A DNA stretch of 64,000 nucleotides from Candidatus Omnitrophota bacterium (GCA_020632575.1 JACKFH010000020.1:2849-66848), one strand, 5' to 3'; counted from the first letter of the stretch, positions 10,343 to 18,910 are shown. Program-made: numbers and translations. The notes: generated from the letters alone by a model not told the origin.

Positions 10343-11290
10343 TCAGTTCCCGAACATCGACTTGACTTTAGCTACGATGCCCTTTTTCTGAGGTTGTGGT
10401 TGGGAGGAACTTGAAGCTGTGGGTCCTCCTTTGGCAGGACCGCAGCCACCGGGACCACAAACTCCACCCGGACCACAGGCCCCACTCGCTTGAATCTTCG
10501 AAAGGATCATCGATTTTGTCGTCCCCGCCATGAACTTCCCAAGAACACTTCCAGGGGGAACCATCATCACGGTCTGAGCGGCGGTTACTGTGGGATCGAT
10601 TTCAAGTTGCGCGAGGAATTTTGCTTCATTGGGGTCTGCGGGATTAAGGAAAACCACTTCGGTTGCTTGAGCGAACTGAGGATCTGCCTTGACCTCATTG
10701 ACACCATAAAGCGCGGCTTCGTTTGATTGGGTCTGCTGGTTTTGAATGCAGATGAAAACCAATTTCTGCATCTGAAGACCCCGAAGGACCTGCTCCATCG
10801 CCGGAGTGCCGAACGACCCCAGAAGTTGGGCCTCGGTGAATGAGGTTGGAAAACCTCCCATCACCGCCCCGTTGGGAGCCAATGCAATGACCAACGGCAT
10901 CGGCGCTCGGCTCACATTGAAGTATTTCACCACCGGTTGCTCGTTGGGATCGAGAATGTTGATCCCCAGTGCGTCGGCCCTATTCGCCACCTTTGACATC
11001 GTGGTCTGAAACACGTTCCACATGGCAAGCGTCGGTTCATCTTGGGCCGACAGAAAGAATAAAAAGAGATACCGATTACTACTTTGAGCGCGAGCGATAG
11101 CCGCCATGCCCTTGTTGGTATCGGGAAGCGGGGGTGGTTGCGGCGCCTGAACCACTGGCGCGGGTTGTTCCTCTGCTGGTTGAGAGGGTTCGACATCTTC
11201 GAACCAGGGATTGGCCTGTTGAGCGATTGCGGTAACCGGTACTAATAGAATCACAAGCGCGACAAGAATAACCGCCTTATCTTTTCTCAT
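10343..11290 (-). CDS. Exported protein with two thioredoxin-like (no CxxC) segments and a Cys/Gly-rich tail
   Basis: AGGAGG precedes ATG 11290; signal peptide MRKDKAVILVALVILLVPVTAIA; tail GACGPGGVCGPGGCGP. The fold call is inference. Confidence 0.7.
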   Translation of the reverse strand: MRKDKAVILVALVILLVPVTAIAQQANPWFEDVEPSQPAEEQPAPVVQAPQPPPLPDTNKGMAAIARAQSSNRYLFLFFLSAQDEPTLAMWNVFQTTMSKVANRADALGINILDPNEQPVVKYFNVSRAPMPLVIALAPNGAVMGGFPTSFTEAQLLGSFGTPAMEQVLRGLQMQKLVFICIQNQQTQSNEAALYGVNEVKADPQFAQATEVVFLNPADPNEAKFLAQLEIDPTVTAAQTVMMVPPGSVLGKFMAGTTKSMILSKIQASGACGPGGVCGPGGCGPAKGGPTASSSSQPQPQKKGIVAKVKSMFGN

Positions 11291-11322
11291 TGGAGAAGAC
11301 CTCCTGAAATCTGGGCGGCATG

Positions 11323-11368
11323 ACTTCGTTGATTGGCGAAGTATCAAGTATAGTTTCGTCCCTGTCAA
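11323..11368 (-). promoter_or_regulatory. Sigma70 promoter plus ArsR-type operator of the ABC/arsR operon
   Basis: Minus strand TTGACA (11368-11363), 17 nt, GATACT (11345-11340); inverted repeat ACTTCG-N8-CGAAGT at 11323-11342 overlaps the -10. Confidence 0.75.
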
Positions 11369-11615
11369 GGGAGACTCAACAGGGCAATTCAACAACTTCT
11401 AGACTTCTGAGTGGAATCAGACCGTGTGTCCATTGCGGCACGCCATTCGAGAAAGGTTGTACCGCCCCTCCTCGATTTCGCGATTCGTGTCGAAGACATC
11501 CAGCGCGGGGTGAACGTGTGTGAGGACAATAACCTCACGCGCCTGGTCCGTGAGCGACGTTTCCCATACCAACCGAGTTGATTGTCGATTTTGGTTAGTC
11601 AGGACAGGCGACGTA

Positions 11616-11930
11616 TCATGCTGCAACCTCGAGCAGCACTTCGGGATGACGCTCCGCGATCTTCAGCAGTGTCCGTGCCGCGCCCGATGGCTCGCGCCGG
11701 CCTTGCTCCCACTGCTGTAGGGTGCGTTTCGAAACGCCAAGAACCGACGCAAACTGGGCCTGAGAGAGCCCACTTTTCAGGCGCACACGAACCACGCGCG
11801 ACTTCGGCTCCACTTTCGTCCGCTTGCCTCCTCCCGCCTTGATTTCTCGCACGCCCTCCAAGACTTCCCGCCACACATCGCGCTCGGTCTCGAACTTTGC
11901 TAATGCCTTTCCGGTAAGTTTTTTACTCAT
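11616..11930 (-). CDS. higA: HigA-like Xre/HTH antitoxin
   Basis: RLKSGLSQAQFASVLGVSKRTLQQWEQGRREPSGAARTLL; overlaps the toxin stop. Confidence 0.85.
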   Translation of the reverse strand: MSKKLTGKALAKFETERDVWREVLEGVREIKAGGGKRTKVEPKSRVVRVRLKSGLSQAQFASVLGVSKRTLQQWEQGRREPSGAARTLLKIAERHPEVLLEVAA

Positions 11931-12237
11931 TTCGGAATGCCTCCAATAACTGCTTCAGTATATGCGCGGGCGCATCCTCGCGTTTGGCCTTGGCATAGAT
12001 CGTCAACATCCAAAACTCATTCGGTCCACGCCGCGCGAAATAGATGATCCGTAGACCGCCGCGTTTGCCCATACCTGGACGCGACCAACGTAACTTGCGA
12101 ATCCCACCCGACCCCGGAACAACCTGACCGGCATCCGGATTTTGTATCATGAACTGCTGCAATTCGGCGTACTCGTCGTCGTCCAAATACACGGGGCAAA
12201 TCCGTTCGAATATGGACGATTCGATGAATGTGAACAT
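11923..12237 (-). CDS. higB: RelE/HigB-2-like toxin
   Basis: FIESSIF...NPDAGQVVPGSGGIRKLRWSRPGMGKRGGLRIIYF...WMLTIYAK; toxin-first order. Confidence 0.85.
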   Translation of the reverse strand: MFTFIESSIFERICPVYLDDDEYAELQQFMIQNPDAGQVVPGSGGIRKLRWSRPGMGKRGGLRIIYFARRGPNEFWMLTIYAKAKREDAPAHILKQLLEAFRNE

Positions 12238-12343
12238 TCCCTAAACTATACTCCAGTGGCGTCTAGGCCGCAAGTCGCGCTCCAGGGGAAATGCGATAAT
12301 GGTCAGTCGGGAACTGAGATTCATGTCTCTGAATGCTCCCTAA

Positions 12344-13036
12344 TCAGAACACTTTGAAAATATGCACCAGGATTAAATAGATCCCGACCAAAATGAACAC
12401 GGTCCCCGTGATCCTTCTTCCCCACACTTCGATTTGAGTCATCCGGTCGAAAACCTTTCCAATCGTTCCAATTCCTGTCGCGATGACCACCGCGAATACC
12501 AGGACCGGAAGCGCGGTGCCGACCCCATACAGAAAGGGGATCAAAAAATAGGATTGGTATTGAACCGAGAGCGGGACCAGACTGCCGAAGAACAGGGCCG
12601 CGGAGACGGGGCAGAACGAAAGTGCGAAGAGAAAACCGAGGAAGGCCGCTCCCCAGATTCCCATCGCTTCGGCTCTTTTTTGGGTCTTCTCCCCAATACC
12701 CCCTCCAGTGAATCGGAATGAGATCAATTCCAAAAGAAACATTCCGACGATGATCAGGATGGGACCGAGCAATTGGTTCATGGAGTTCTGAAGAAACTCT
12801 GAAAGGACAGGGGCCGAGAGCAGACTTGTTACAAGCAGCGTCCCGACGAGCAGATAACTCAGGGTTCGACCAACGGTGTAGAGGGCGCCTGTCAGGAAAA
12901 CCAGTTTGGGATGACTGACTTTCTTCCCGATATAGGCGATGGCCGCGACGTTTGTGGCGAGAGGGCATGGACTGATCGAAGTCAAAATGCCCAGCCACAA
13001 GGCGGAGAGAAATCCGAGCGCGAATCCCCCGTCCAT
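12344..13036 (-). CDS. arsG: ArsG-family / CcdA(DsbD)-like membrane protein
   Basis: GILTSISPCPLATN and ALSFCPVSAALFFG motifs, about 6 TMs. ATG 13036 overlaps the upstream stop (TGATG). Confidence 0.8.
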   Translation of the reverse strand: MDGGFALGFLSALWLGILTSISPCPLATNVAAIAYIGKKVSHPKLVFLTGALYTVGRTLSYLLVGTLLVTSLLSAPVLSEFLQNSMNQLLGPILIIVGMFLLELISFRFTGGGIGEKTQKRAEAMGIWGAAFLGFLFALSFCPVSAALFFGSLVPLSVQYQSYFLIPFLYGVGTALPVLVFAVVIATGIGTIGKVFDRMTQIEVWGRRITGTVFILVGIYLILVHIFKVF

Positions 13037-13554
13037 CACAGTCGCTCCAGAAAAGGCTGAACCTCGGTTCGGATGTAATCGAAATAGGCTTCCTTTTCGT
13101 GAACCAGTTGCCAAACCTTGTGCAGGTTCTTCCATTCCACTGTTTCAGCCCCGCTGACTTCGGCGACAACAACCGAACTGGCGACGAGTTCGAAGTCCTT
13201 AACGTAATGAGAATTCCAAACCTCGTCCGTGTTGATCGTCTTCCATTCGAGCGATCCCGATTCGATCTCAGAGGGAAAAAATTCCCGCATTGCCTCGTGC
13301 GCTCCCTCTTCGATGGCCCGGCAAGTTGGGCATCGGACATCCCCGTGAAAGTAATAGGCGATGAGTCTTCGGTTGGGTAAATCCACTGGTGATTCCATCT
13401 CATCCAAGACAGGCTCTTGGATGTTGGCGGTCTCCACCACGGTTTCCGGCGTGTCCTCCGCTGTGATGTCTTCACTTTTACCGACGAGCAGGTATCCGAG
13501 GCTGGCCACTACGAAGACCAGAAGCGTGGTTGTAATTATTTGTTTGGTGGGCAT
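13036..13554 (-). CDS. arsF: ArsF-family thioredoxin-like protein
   Basis: N-terminal TM anchor; YYFHGDVRCPTCRAIE motif; context beside arsG- and arsE-like genes. Confidence 0.8.
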   Translation of the reverse strand: MPTKQIITTTLLVFVVASLGYLLVGKSEDITAEDTPETVVETANIQEPVLDEMESPVDLPNRRLIAYYFHGDVRCPTCRAIEEGAHEAMREFFPSEIESGSLEWKTINTDEVWNSHYVKDFELVASSVVVAEVSGAETVEWKNLHKVWQLVHEKEAYFDYIRTEVQPFLERL

Positions 13555-13629
13555 TTTCTCATCTCCTTCATTGACTTTTCATTATTGTGTTGATTCTGTC
13601 CGCCATTTCTGTTCCACCAATTCCGATCC

Positions 13630-13970
13630 GTGTCATTCCAACTCCAATCCCTGTCATTCCTCCAATCGTCCTAAGAAACATGAACTCAATAATCTCCCAA
13701 GAATTCTCCTTGGTGTCATTTCGAGAATTGTGCTTGGTGTCATTTCGACCGGAGGGAGAAATCTTTTGGGTGGCGAAATTTTCATTTCACCGTTCACTTA
13801 GAAGGGTGGGATCACTTCCCCCCTCCGCGGTTTTATTGGAACGATCAGACGGTTCGCTCCCACCAGATTTCTCCCTCCGGTCGAAATGACACTCAGTAAA
13901 GCATCCGAGAAAAGGAAGTTTCCTTCTCTCATCAGCGATCACCCCGCTCCACGCTCGGAATGACACCAAG
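13630..13970. repeat. REP-like repeat cluster with a perfect 28-bp inverted repeat
   Basis: GTGTCATTTCGACCGGAGGGAGAAATCT (13737-13764) and its exact reverse complement (13865-13892); CTTGGTGTCATTTCGA at 13709 and 13733; inverted variant 13955-13970; TGTCATTCC at 13631 and 13652. Confidence 0.85.
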
Positions 13971-14005
13971 TAGAGATTGCGGCGAAAATCAAATTCACTC
14001 ACCCA

Positions 14006-14251
14006 TCAAGAGACCACCGCCGACTCCAGAATCGACCGGATCTGGTCCGAGGTTGCAAGGCGTCCCTGAAGTTTGACTTCGCCCTCCACGACGAGTGCCG
14101 GGGTCATCATCACTCCGCGACTGGTGATTTCATCGATAGAGGTCACCTTTTCGAGGTCATACTCACAGCCGAGTTCGTCGGCGGCGGTCCTTGTGTTCGC
14201 CTCAAGTGCATGACACTTGGCGCATCCAGTTCCCAAGATTTCGATTTTCAT
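14006..14251 (-). CDS. arsE: MTH895/ArsE-family small thioredoxin-like protein
   Basis: MKIEILGTGCAKC...GVMMTPALVVEGEVKLQG. Confidence 0.85.
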   Translation of the reverse strand: MKIEILGTGCAKCHALEANTRTAADELGCEYDLEKVTSIDEITSRGVMMTPALVVEGEVKLQGRLATSDQIRSILESAVVS

Positions 14252-14286
14252 CTTTGTTTCCTCCTATGCTTTGTTTTTGATTGGCC

Positions 14287-14658
14287 TTACACGGTCAGGG
14301 ATCTTTTGACTTCATCCGCAATTCGCGCCGAGTCTTCCGCCATCCGGGGCGTCTCGGGTTTCTTTTCGATCCCGAGATCGGTCGCTGCGACATGGACATC
14401 CACGGGGAGTCCCGCTTTCTCCAGGACGATCTTGCAGCAATGGTCCTCGCATCCATCGATGGCGATTCGAGTTCCGGCGTTTCGTGCTCGCTCCATCTTT
14501 TCGGGACGGTCGGCGGCGATGGCCGCGATACAAAAAAGGTTTCCGAATTTTTCTCGGTGGAGTTGCACTCCGGCCTGATTCGAGGCTTGGCCGGAATAAG
14601 CCGCCCCGGCACAGGTGAAGACCAGGGTTTCTCCATTGGTTTGAACGGAATTCGACAT
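14287..14658 (-). CDS. DGC-domain putative zinc-binding protein
   Basis: FTCAGAAYSGQASN, FCIA, IAIDGCEDHCCK motifs. Confidence 0.85.
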   Translation of the reverse strand: MSNSVQTNGETLVFTCAGAAYSGQASNQAGVQLHREKFGNLFCIAAIAADRPEKMERARNAGTRIAIDGCEDHCCKIVLEKAGLPVDVHVAATDLGIEKKPETPRMAEDSARIADEVKRSLTV

Positions 14659-14679
14659 GACAGCAACCTCCTTTTTCTT

Positions 14680-15987
14680 CTAAACCAAAGCGCCGTACGC
14701 CATTCCGGTGATGGTGGCCATCACCACCACCAGCAAGGTGAAAACGGCGGTCTTCTTGAATCCGATGATCGAATGGATGACAAAAAGGCTGGGCAGCGAA
14801 AGCGCCGGTCCCGCGAGAAGCAGAGCTAGCGCCGGACCTTGCGCCATTCCATGCTCCATAAGGGCTTCCAGAATCGGGATCTCGGTCAGCGTCGCGAAAT
14901 AGAAAAGACAACCGATGAAAGAGGCGACAAAATTGGACAGCAGACTGTTACTCCCGACCCAAGCCGCGATCTGCTGATCTGGGAGGAGTGCGCCGATGAA
15001 ACCGACCAGGAAAACTCCCCCATACAGAAGGGGAATGAGGAGTTTCGCGAAATCCCAGGTGTTGTGCATCCATTCACCGATTTCGTCGCGGTCGAACCAA
15101 CTCCAGGTCATCAGAAGGACGATCAACCCCATTAAACCGGCCAGCCACCAGCGTATGTGGTAGATCGCCAACACCCAGGTCTTTGAGTCTTCCACACTTT
15201 GAATCTCCGGCTTCGACAAAGTGATTTTTTGTCCCACCGAGTATCCGGCCACCGGCTCCTCGACTTGGAAGAGGATTGCGTCGCGGGTTTCTTGGAGCTG
15301 AACCGCGTGGATGGTCTGTCCGTCGGCCGTCGTCACCGCCACGTCTCCGGGATTGTACCAATCGCTGAAGATGAGGAAGGCGATCATGGCGACAAAGAAC
15401 GCGAGGTTTTTCCACATCGCCCGTCGCGCGGGCGGCGGTTCGGGCAATTGCATCGCCGCGTCGTTCCTCTTGACCTCATCCCGTCGAAAGAATCGTTCCA
15501 TGAGGAGTCCAATGATGACCGCGAAGACAATCGCGCCGACCGCTCGGGCTAAGCCGATCTGGAACCCGAGGACACGCGCGGTGAGGAAGATGGCGAGGAT
15601 GTTGAGCGCCGGACCCGAGTAGAGGAACGCCGAGGCGGGGCCGAGGCCCGCACCCACACGGTAGATCCCTGCGAACATCGGGAGGACGCTGCATGAGCAA
15701 ACCGCGAGGACCGTCCCGGACACGGAGGCCACCGAATAGGCTTCGGCCTTTCTGGCCTTGGGTCCGAGATGTCGAAGAACCGCTTCTTGGGAAAGGAAAG
15801 TGACAATGGCCCCCGCGATGAACAGGGCCGGAACCACACAGGCTAGCGTATGATTCCGCGCGTACCATTGGAGCATTTTGAAAGCTTCGAGGATGGCAGT
15901 GGTGACTTTGGGGCTGGATAGTGGGAGATAGTAGGCCACGAGGAAAATGGCCGCGAACCAACTGAAGATTTTGAGTTCTTTGTTCAT
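14680..15987 (-). CDS. arsP: ArsP-family (DUF318) organoarsenical permease
   Basis: HTLACVVPALFIAGAI, VLAVCSCSVLPMFAG, FYFATLTEIPI, GPALALLLAGPALSLPS. Confidence 0.9.
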   Translation of the reverse strand: MNKELKIFSWFAAIFLVAYYLPLSSPKVTTAILEAFKMLQWYARNHTLACVVPALFIAGAIVTFLSQEAVLRHLGPKARKAEAYSVASVSGTVLAVCSCSVLPMFAGIYRVGAGLGPASAFLYSGPALNILAIFLTARVLGFQIGLARAVGAIVFAVIIGLLMERFFRRDEVKRNDAAMQLPEPPPARRAMWKNLAFFVAMIAFLIFSDWYNPGDVAVTTADGQTIHAVQLQETRDAILFQVEEPVAGYSVGQKITLSKPEIQSVEDSKTWVLAIYHIRWWLAGLMGLIVLLMTWSWFDRDEIGEWMHNTWDFAKLLIPLLYGGVFLVGFIGALLPDQQIAAWVGSNSLLSNFVASFIGCLFYFATLTEIPILEALMEHGMAQGPALALLLAGPALSLPSLFVIHSIIGFKKTAVFTLLVVVMATITGMAYGALV

Positions 15988-16042
15988 GACTCAATCCTTT
16001 GCTTTATGGCTAAATGACCATGCGATGGCGAAAAAAAATCGC

Positions 16043-16372
16043 TCATCCCCCCACTAACGCTTCCTCTCGTTCCAGATTCTCCTTGAGCACGTTCTCGATG
16101 CACATGAAAAAGCCCTCCAGACATTTCACCCGCAACCGGTAGAAAATCATGGGACCCTCCTTGCGGGTGTCCACCAGTCCGGCGTTCTTAAGCACCGACA
16201 GATGCCGGGATACCGTCGATTGATCGGCCCCCACAAGCTCGGTCAACTCGCAGACGCAGATCTCCCTTTCCTGGAGGGCGTCCACAATCATCAACCGGCT
16301 GGGGTGTCCCAGGGCCTTGGCGATGGCCGCGCGGCGTTCATAGAAAGAGATTTTCTTTGTCTTCATGGTCAT
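16043..16372 (-). CDS. arsR: ArsR family repressor with CVC motif
   Basis: AKALGHPSRLMI...EICVCELTELVGADQSTVSRHLSVLKNAG. Confidence 0.93.
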   Translation of the reverse strand: MTMKTKKISFYERRAAIAKALGHPSRLMIVDALQEREICVCELTELVGADQSTVSRHLSVLKNAGLVDTRKEGPMIFYRLRVKCLEGFFMCIENVLKENLEREEALVGG

Positions 16373-16406
16373 ATTGCAATATGACCTATTTAATGGCTCC
16401 TGTCAA
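16367..16406 (-). promoter_or_regulatory. Promoter and autoregulatory operator of the arsR-arsP operon
   Basis: Perfect 20-bp palindrome GGTCATATTGCAATATGACC (16367-16386) over the start codon; TTGACA (16406-16401), 17 nt, CATATT (16383-16378). Confidence 0.8.
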
Positions 16407-16512
16407 TGGCGCTTCTTCCGCAACTCAAATCCCCCGTGAGGTGCGGCGGGGGAAGGAACCACCCCCCAATCCCTTATCTTGGAAGGGCCTGAAGAGTGGC
16501 TAGAATTGATTC

Positions 16513-16698
16513 ATGACGAATGTACAAGAATTTGTTACGAGTTTCGAATCTCTTCCGACCACCGAGCGGCAGGAGGTGCTGGTCGAACTGCTCAGGCGAG
16601 TTCAGACCGAGTCGCATGATTTGCCCTCCGATGAGGATTTGACCGCGGTGGCGGACACGCTCTTTCTGGAACTCGACAAACGAGAACGAGGAACATGA
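16513..16698 (+). CDS. Small putative antitoxin
   Basis: 61 aa acidic helical protein; ATGA overlap with the PemK-like gene. Confidence 0.6.
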   Translation: MTNVQEFVTSFESLPTTERQEVLVELLRRVQTESHDLPSDEDLTAVADTLFLELDKRERGT

Positions 16699-16924
16699 GC
16701 GTTCCCCAACGAGGGGAAGTTTGGCTGGTGGATCTTGGCATGGTTGCCAAAGTCCGACCGGCCCTTGTCTTGAGCGTGCCCTCTTCGGATATAGACCGAG
16801 CATTAGCAACACTGGTCCCTCATGCCAAACTGCTCCGCCGCACGGGAAGATTGATTCGGAACAGCTATCCGAGGTTGAGCATGTGGTGAGATTGTGGCGT
16901 GGAATGGATCTCCCTGGGGAATAG
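16695..16924 (+). pseudogene. PemK/MazF-like toxin, internally deleted and frameshifted
   Basis: PQRGEVWLVDLGMVAKVRPALVLS N-terminus. The central part appears missing after TLVPH; the C-terminus (GKIDSEQLSEVEHVVRLW) lies in another frame. Confidence 0.75.
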
Positions 16925-16994
16925 ATCTTCCTTTCCGTCGCCGAAGGACCCAGACCGACACACAGATTAATCGGGATCTCCTCAATCAGTCGTT

Positions 16995-17243
16995 TCAGAA
17001 GCGCGAATGAAGAGCGTTTTCCAAAACAAATCTTGCCATCGACAGGTCGTAGCAGGACCGAAAGGATACACAATCCTGACACCGGTCCCATGCCTCATGA
17101 TCCGCTTCGATTTGTCGGTCCTGGATTCCGATTCCCTGGCTCCGGAGATTCACCGAGAAAACCGCGCTCTCCAGTGGCTTGTTGAATTCAAGTCGATCCA
17201 AATCCGGAAAGATCTTCCCGAAACATTCATTCTTTTCTGACAT
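16995..17243 (-). CDS. Small Cys-containing hypothetical protein downstream of acr3
   Basis: AGGAG RBS before ATG 17243; ECFGKIFPDL and WDRCQDCVSFRSCYDLS motifs. Confidence 0.7.
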   Translation of the reverse strand: MSEKNECFGKIFPDLDRLEFNKPLESAVFSVNLRSQGIGIQDRQIEADHEAWDRCQDCVSFRSCYDLSMARFVLENALHSRF

Positions 17244-17285
17244 GACAATCTCCTTCCTGGAGAGAGCGTTCACCTCTGGGGTGTT

Positions 17286-18365
17286 TTATTCAAACCAACT
17301 TCGTGTGCGGTTACAGAAGGCGCAAACCGAAAGCATGACCGGGACTTCGACAAGGACTCCAACGACTGTAGCCAGGGCCGCTCCCGATTCTGGGCCGTAC
17401 AGGGCGATGGCAGTCGCTACCGCGAGTTCGAAAAAGTTGCTGGCTCCGATCAATGCTCCGGGGGCGGCCACCGAATGCTCCACCCGAAACAACTTCATGA
17501 GGCCGTAGGCCAATGAGGAGTTGAAATAGACCTGAATCAAGATAGGGATGGCGATCAGGATGACATGAAAGAAACGTCCCGTGATGTTGTCGGCTTGAAA
17601 GGCGAAGATGAGGACCAGGGTGGCGAGGAGCGCCACCACCGCGACAGGATGGAATCTTGGGAGGAAGGTATCGTTGAACCAAGTTTCGCCCTTAGATTTG
17701 ATGAGCCAAATTCTGGAGATCGTTCCGGCGGCCAGTGGAATGACAATAAAACAGATGACCGCATAGATCAAAACCACAAACGGAACGGTCAGGGCCGAAG
17801 CCCCCGCGATCAAGAAGGTGACAATCGGGGCGAACAAGAACAGCATGATGAGATCGTTGACCGAGACCTGAACCAAGGTGTAAGCCGGGTCGCCATCGGT
17901 CAGATAACTCCAGACAAACACCATCGCGGTGCAGGGAGCCGCCGAAAGGATGATGACCCCGGCGATGTACTGATCCGCCAACTCCGGGCCGATCAGGGGA
18001 AGGAAAAGATGTTTGAAAAAGAGCCACCCCAGGAAAGCCATGCTGAAGGGTTTGACCAGCCAGTTGACGAAGAGAGTGATGAGTAATCCTTTGGGTCTCT
18101 TTCCCACCTCCACAATCGATGAGAAGTCCACCTTGAGCATCATGGGGTAGATCATCAGCCAGATGAGAATCGCGATGGGGATATTGATTTGGCTTCCGGC
18201 CCCAAACTCGATGTCCCGAAGGGTGTCCGTCAGACCGGGCAGCAGTTTCCCGACTCCCACACCCACAATCATGCAGAGGGCAACCCAAAGACTCAGGTAA
18301 CGTTCGAAGATGTTGAGCCGCTTTGTCGTCGGCCCAGCCATTTCAATCGCGGCATCGTCAATCAC
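17286..18365 (-). CDS. acr3: ACR3 family arsenite efflux transporter
   Basis: LNIFERYLSLWVALC, LIWLMIYPMMLKVDF, AAPCTAMVFVWS, IGASNFFELAVA, GVLVEVPVML. Confidence 0.96.
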   Translation of the reverse strand: MIDDAAIEMAGPTTKRLNIFERYLSLWVALCMIVGVGVGKLLPGLTDTLRDIEFGAGSQINIPIAILIWLMIYPMMLKVDFSSIVEVGKRPKGLLITLFVNWLVKPFSMAFLGWLFFKHLFLPLIGPELADQYIAGVIILSAAPCTAMVFVWSYLTDGDPAYTLVQVSVNDLIMLFLFAPIVTFLIAGASALTVPFVVLIYAVICFIVIPLAAGTISRIWLIKSKGETWFNDTFLPRFHPVAVVALLATLVLIFAFQADNITGRFFHVILIAIPILIQVYFNSSLAYGLMKLFRVEHSVAAPGALIGASNFFELAVATAIALYGPESGAALATVVGVLVEVPVMLSVCAFCNRTRSWFE

Positions 18366-18820
18366 ATGCTATCCCCCATATCCATGAGCGATTTCGGAAG
18401 TGTTTCCACAAACCTCCGGATTTCGTCGCGGACTCGACGATAGAGTTCGAACGCCTCTTCCTCGGTCCTGGCCTCTTTCGCCACACGTGGAGGGTCGTCG
18501 AACCCCCGGTGAATAACCCGCGCTTTTCCGGGGAAGACCGGACAGGTTTCGTGGGCGTGGTCACAGACCGTGACCACATAGTCGAAGGGAATGTCAACGA
18601 CTTCCTCCACTCGTTTGGAGCGGTGACCAGAGATGTCCACACCCACTTCGGCCATCGCCTTGACCGCACTCGGGTTCAGCCCATGCGTCTCGATCCCCGC
18701 TGAATGCGCCTCGACCAGATCCGACTTCAGATGTCTGGCCCACCCTTCGGCCATCTGGCTTCGGCAGGAGTTCCCGGTGCAGAGGAACAGAATATTCAAT
18801 CTTGAGTTGCTTTCACTCAT
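18362..18820 (-). CDS. arsC: Arsenate reductase (thioredoxin-coupled, LMW-PTP fold)
   Basis: LFLCTGNSCRSQMAEG P-loop; VTVCDHAHETCPVFPG; FDDP. Confidence 0.95.
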   Translation of the reverse strand: MSESNSRLNILFLCTGNSCRSQMAEGWARHLKSDLVEAHSAGIETHGLNPSAVKAMAEVGVDISGHRSKRVEEVVDIPFDYVVTVCDHAHETCPVFPGKARVIHRGFDDPPRVAKEARTEEEAFELYRRVRDEIRRFVETLPKSLMDMGDSM

Positions 18821-18859
18821 GGTTCCTTCTCAAGAGGGGTATTCATCATCCCTGAAAGA

Positions 18860-18910
18860 TTTATACTTCGTCAGATGGCGAAGTATAAAAGGAGTTTGAC
18901 AGAGTGTCAA
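18860..18910 (-). promoter_or_regulatory. Sigma70 promoter and ArsR-type operator of arsC-acr3
   Basis: TTGACA (18910-18905), 17 nt, TATACT (18887-18882); inverted repeat TTTATACTTCG-N8-CGAAGTATAAA (18860-18889). Confidence 0.85.

Noticed and set aside
11417-11626. Possible metallo-beta-lactamase remnant (VLTHVHP)
   Set aside because: Only a 7-residue resemblance, with the HxHxDH motif incomplete.
13630-13970. CRISPR array
   Set aside because: The repeats are few, irregularly spaced and partly inverted, with no cas genes.
14281-14911. Numerous antisense or alternate-frame ORFs in the ORF track (here and throughout the window)
   Set aside because: They overlap well-supported genes, have no motifs and show low-complexity Arg/Pro/Ser composition typical of GC-rich shadow ORFs.
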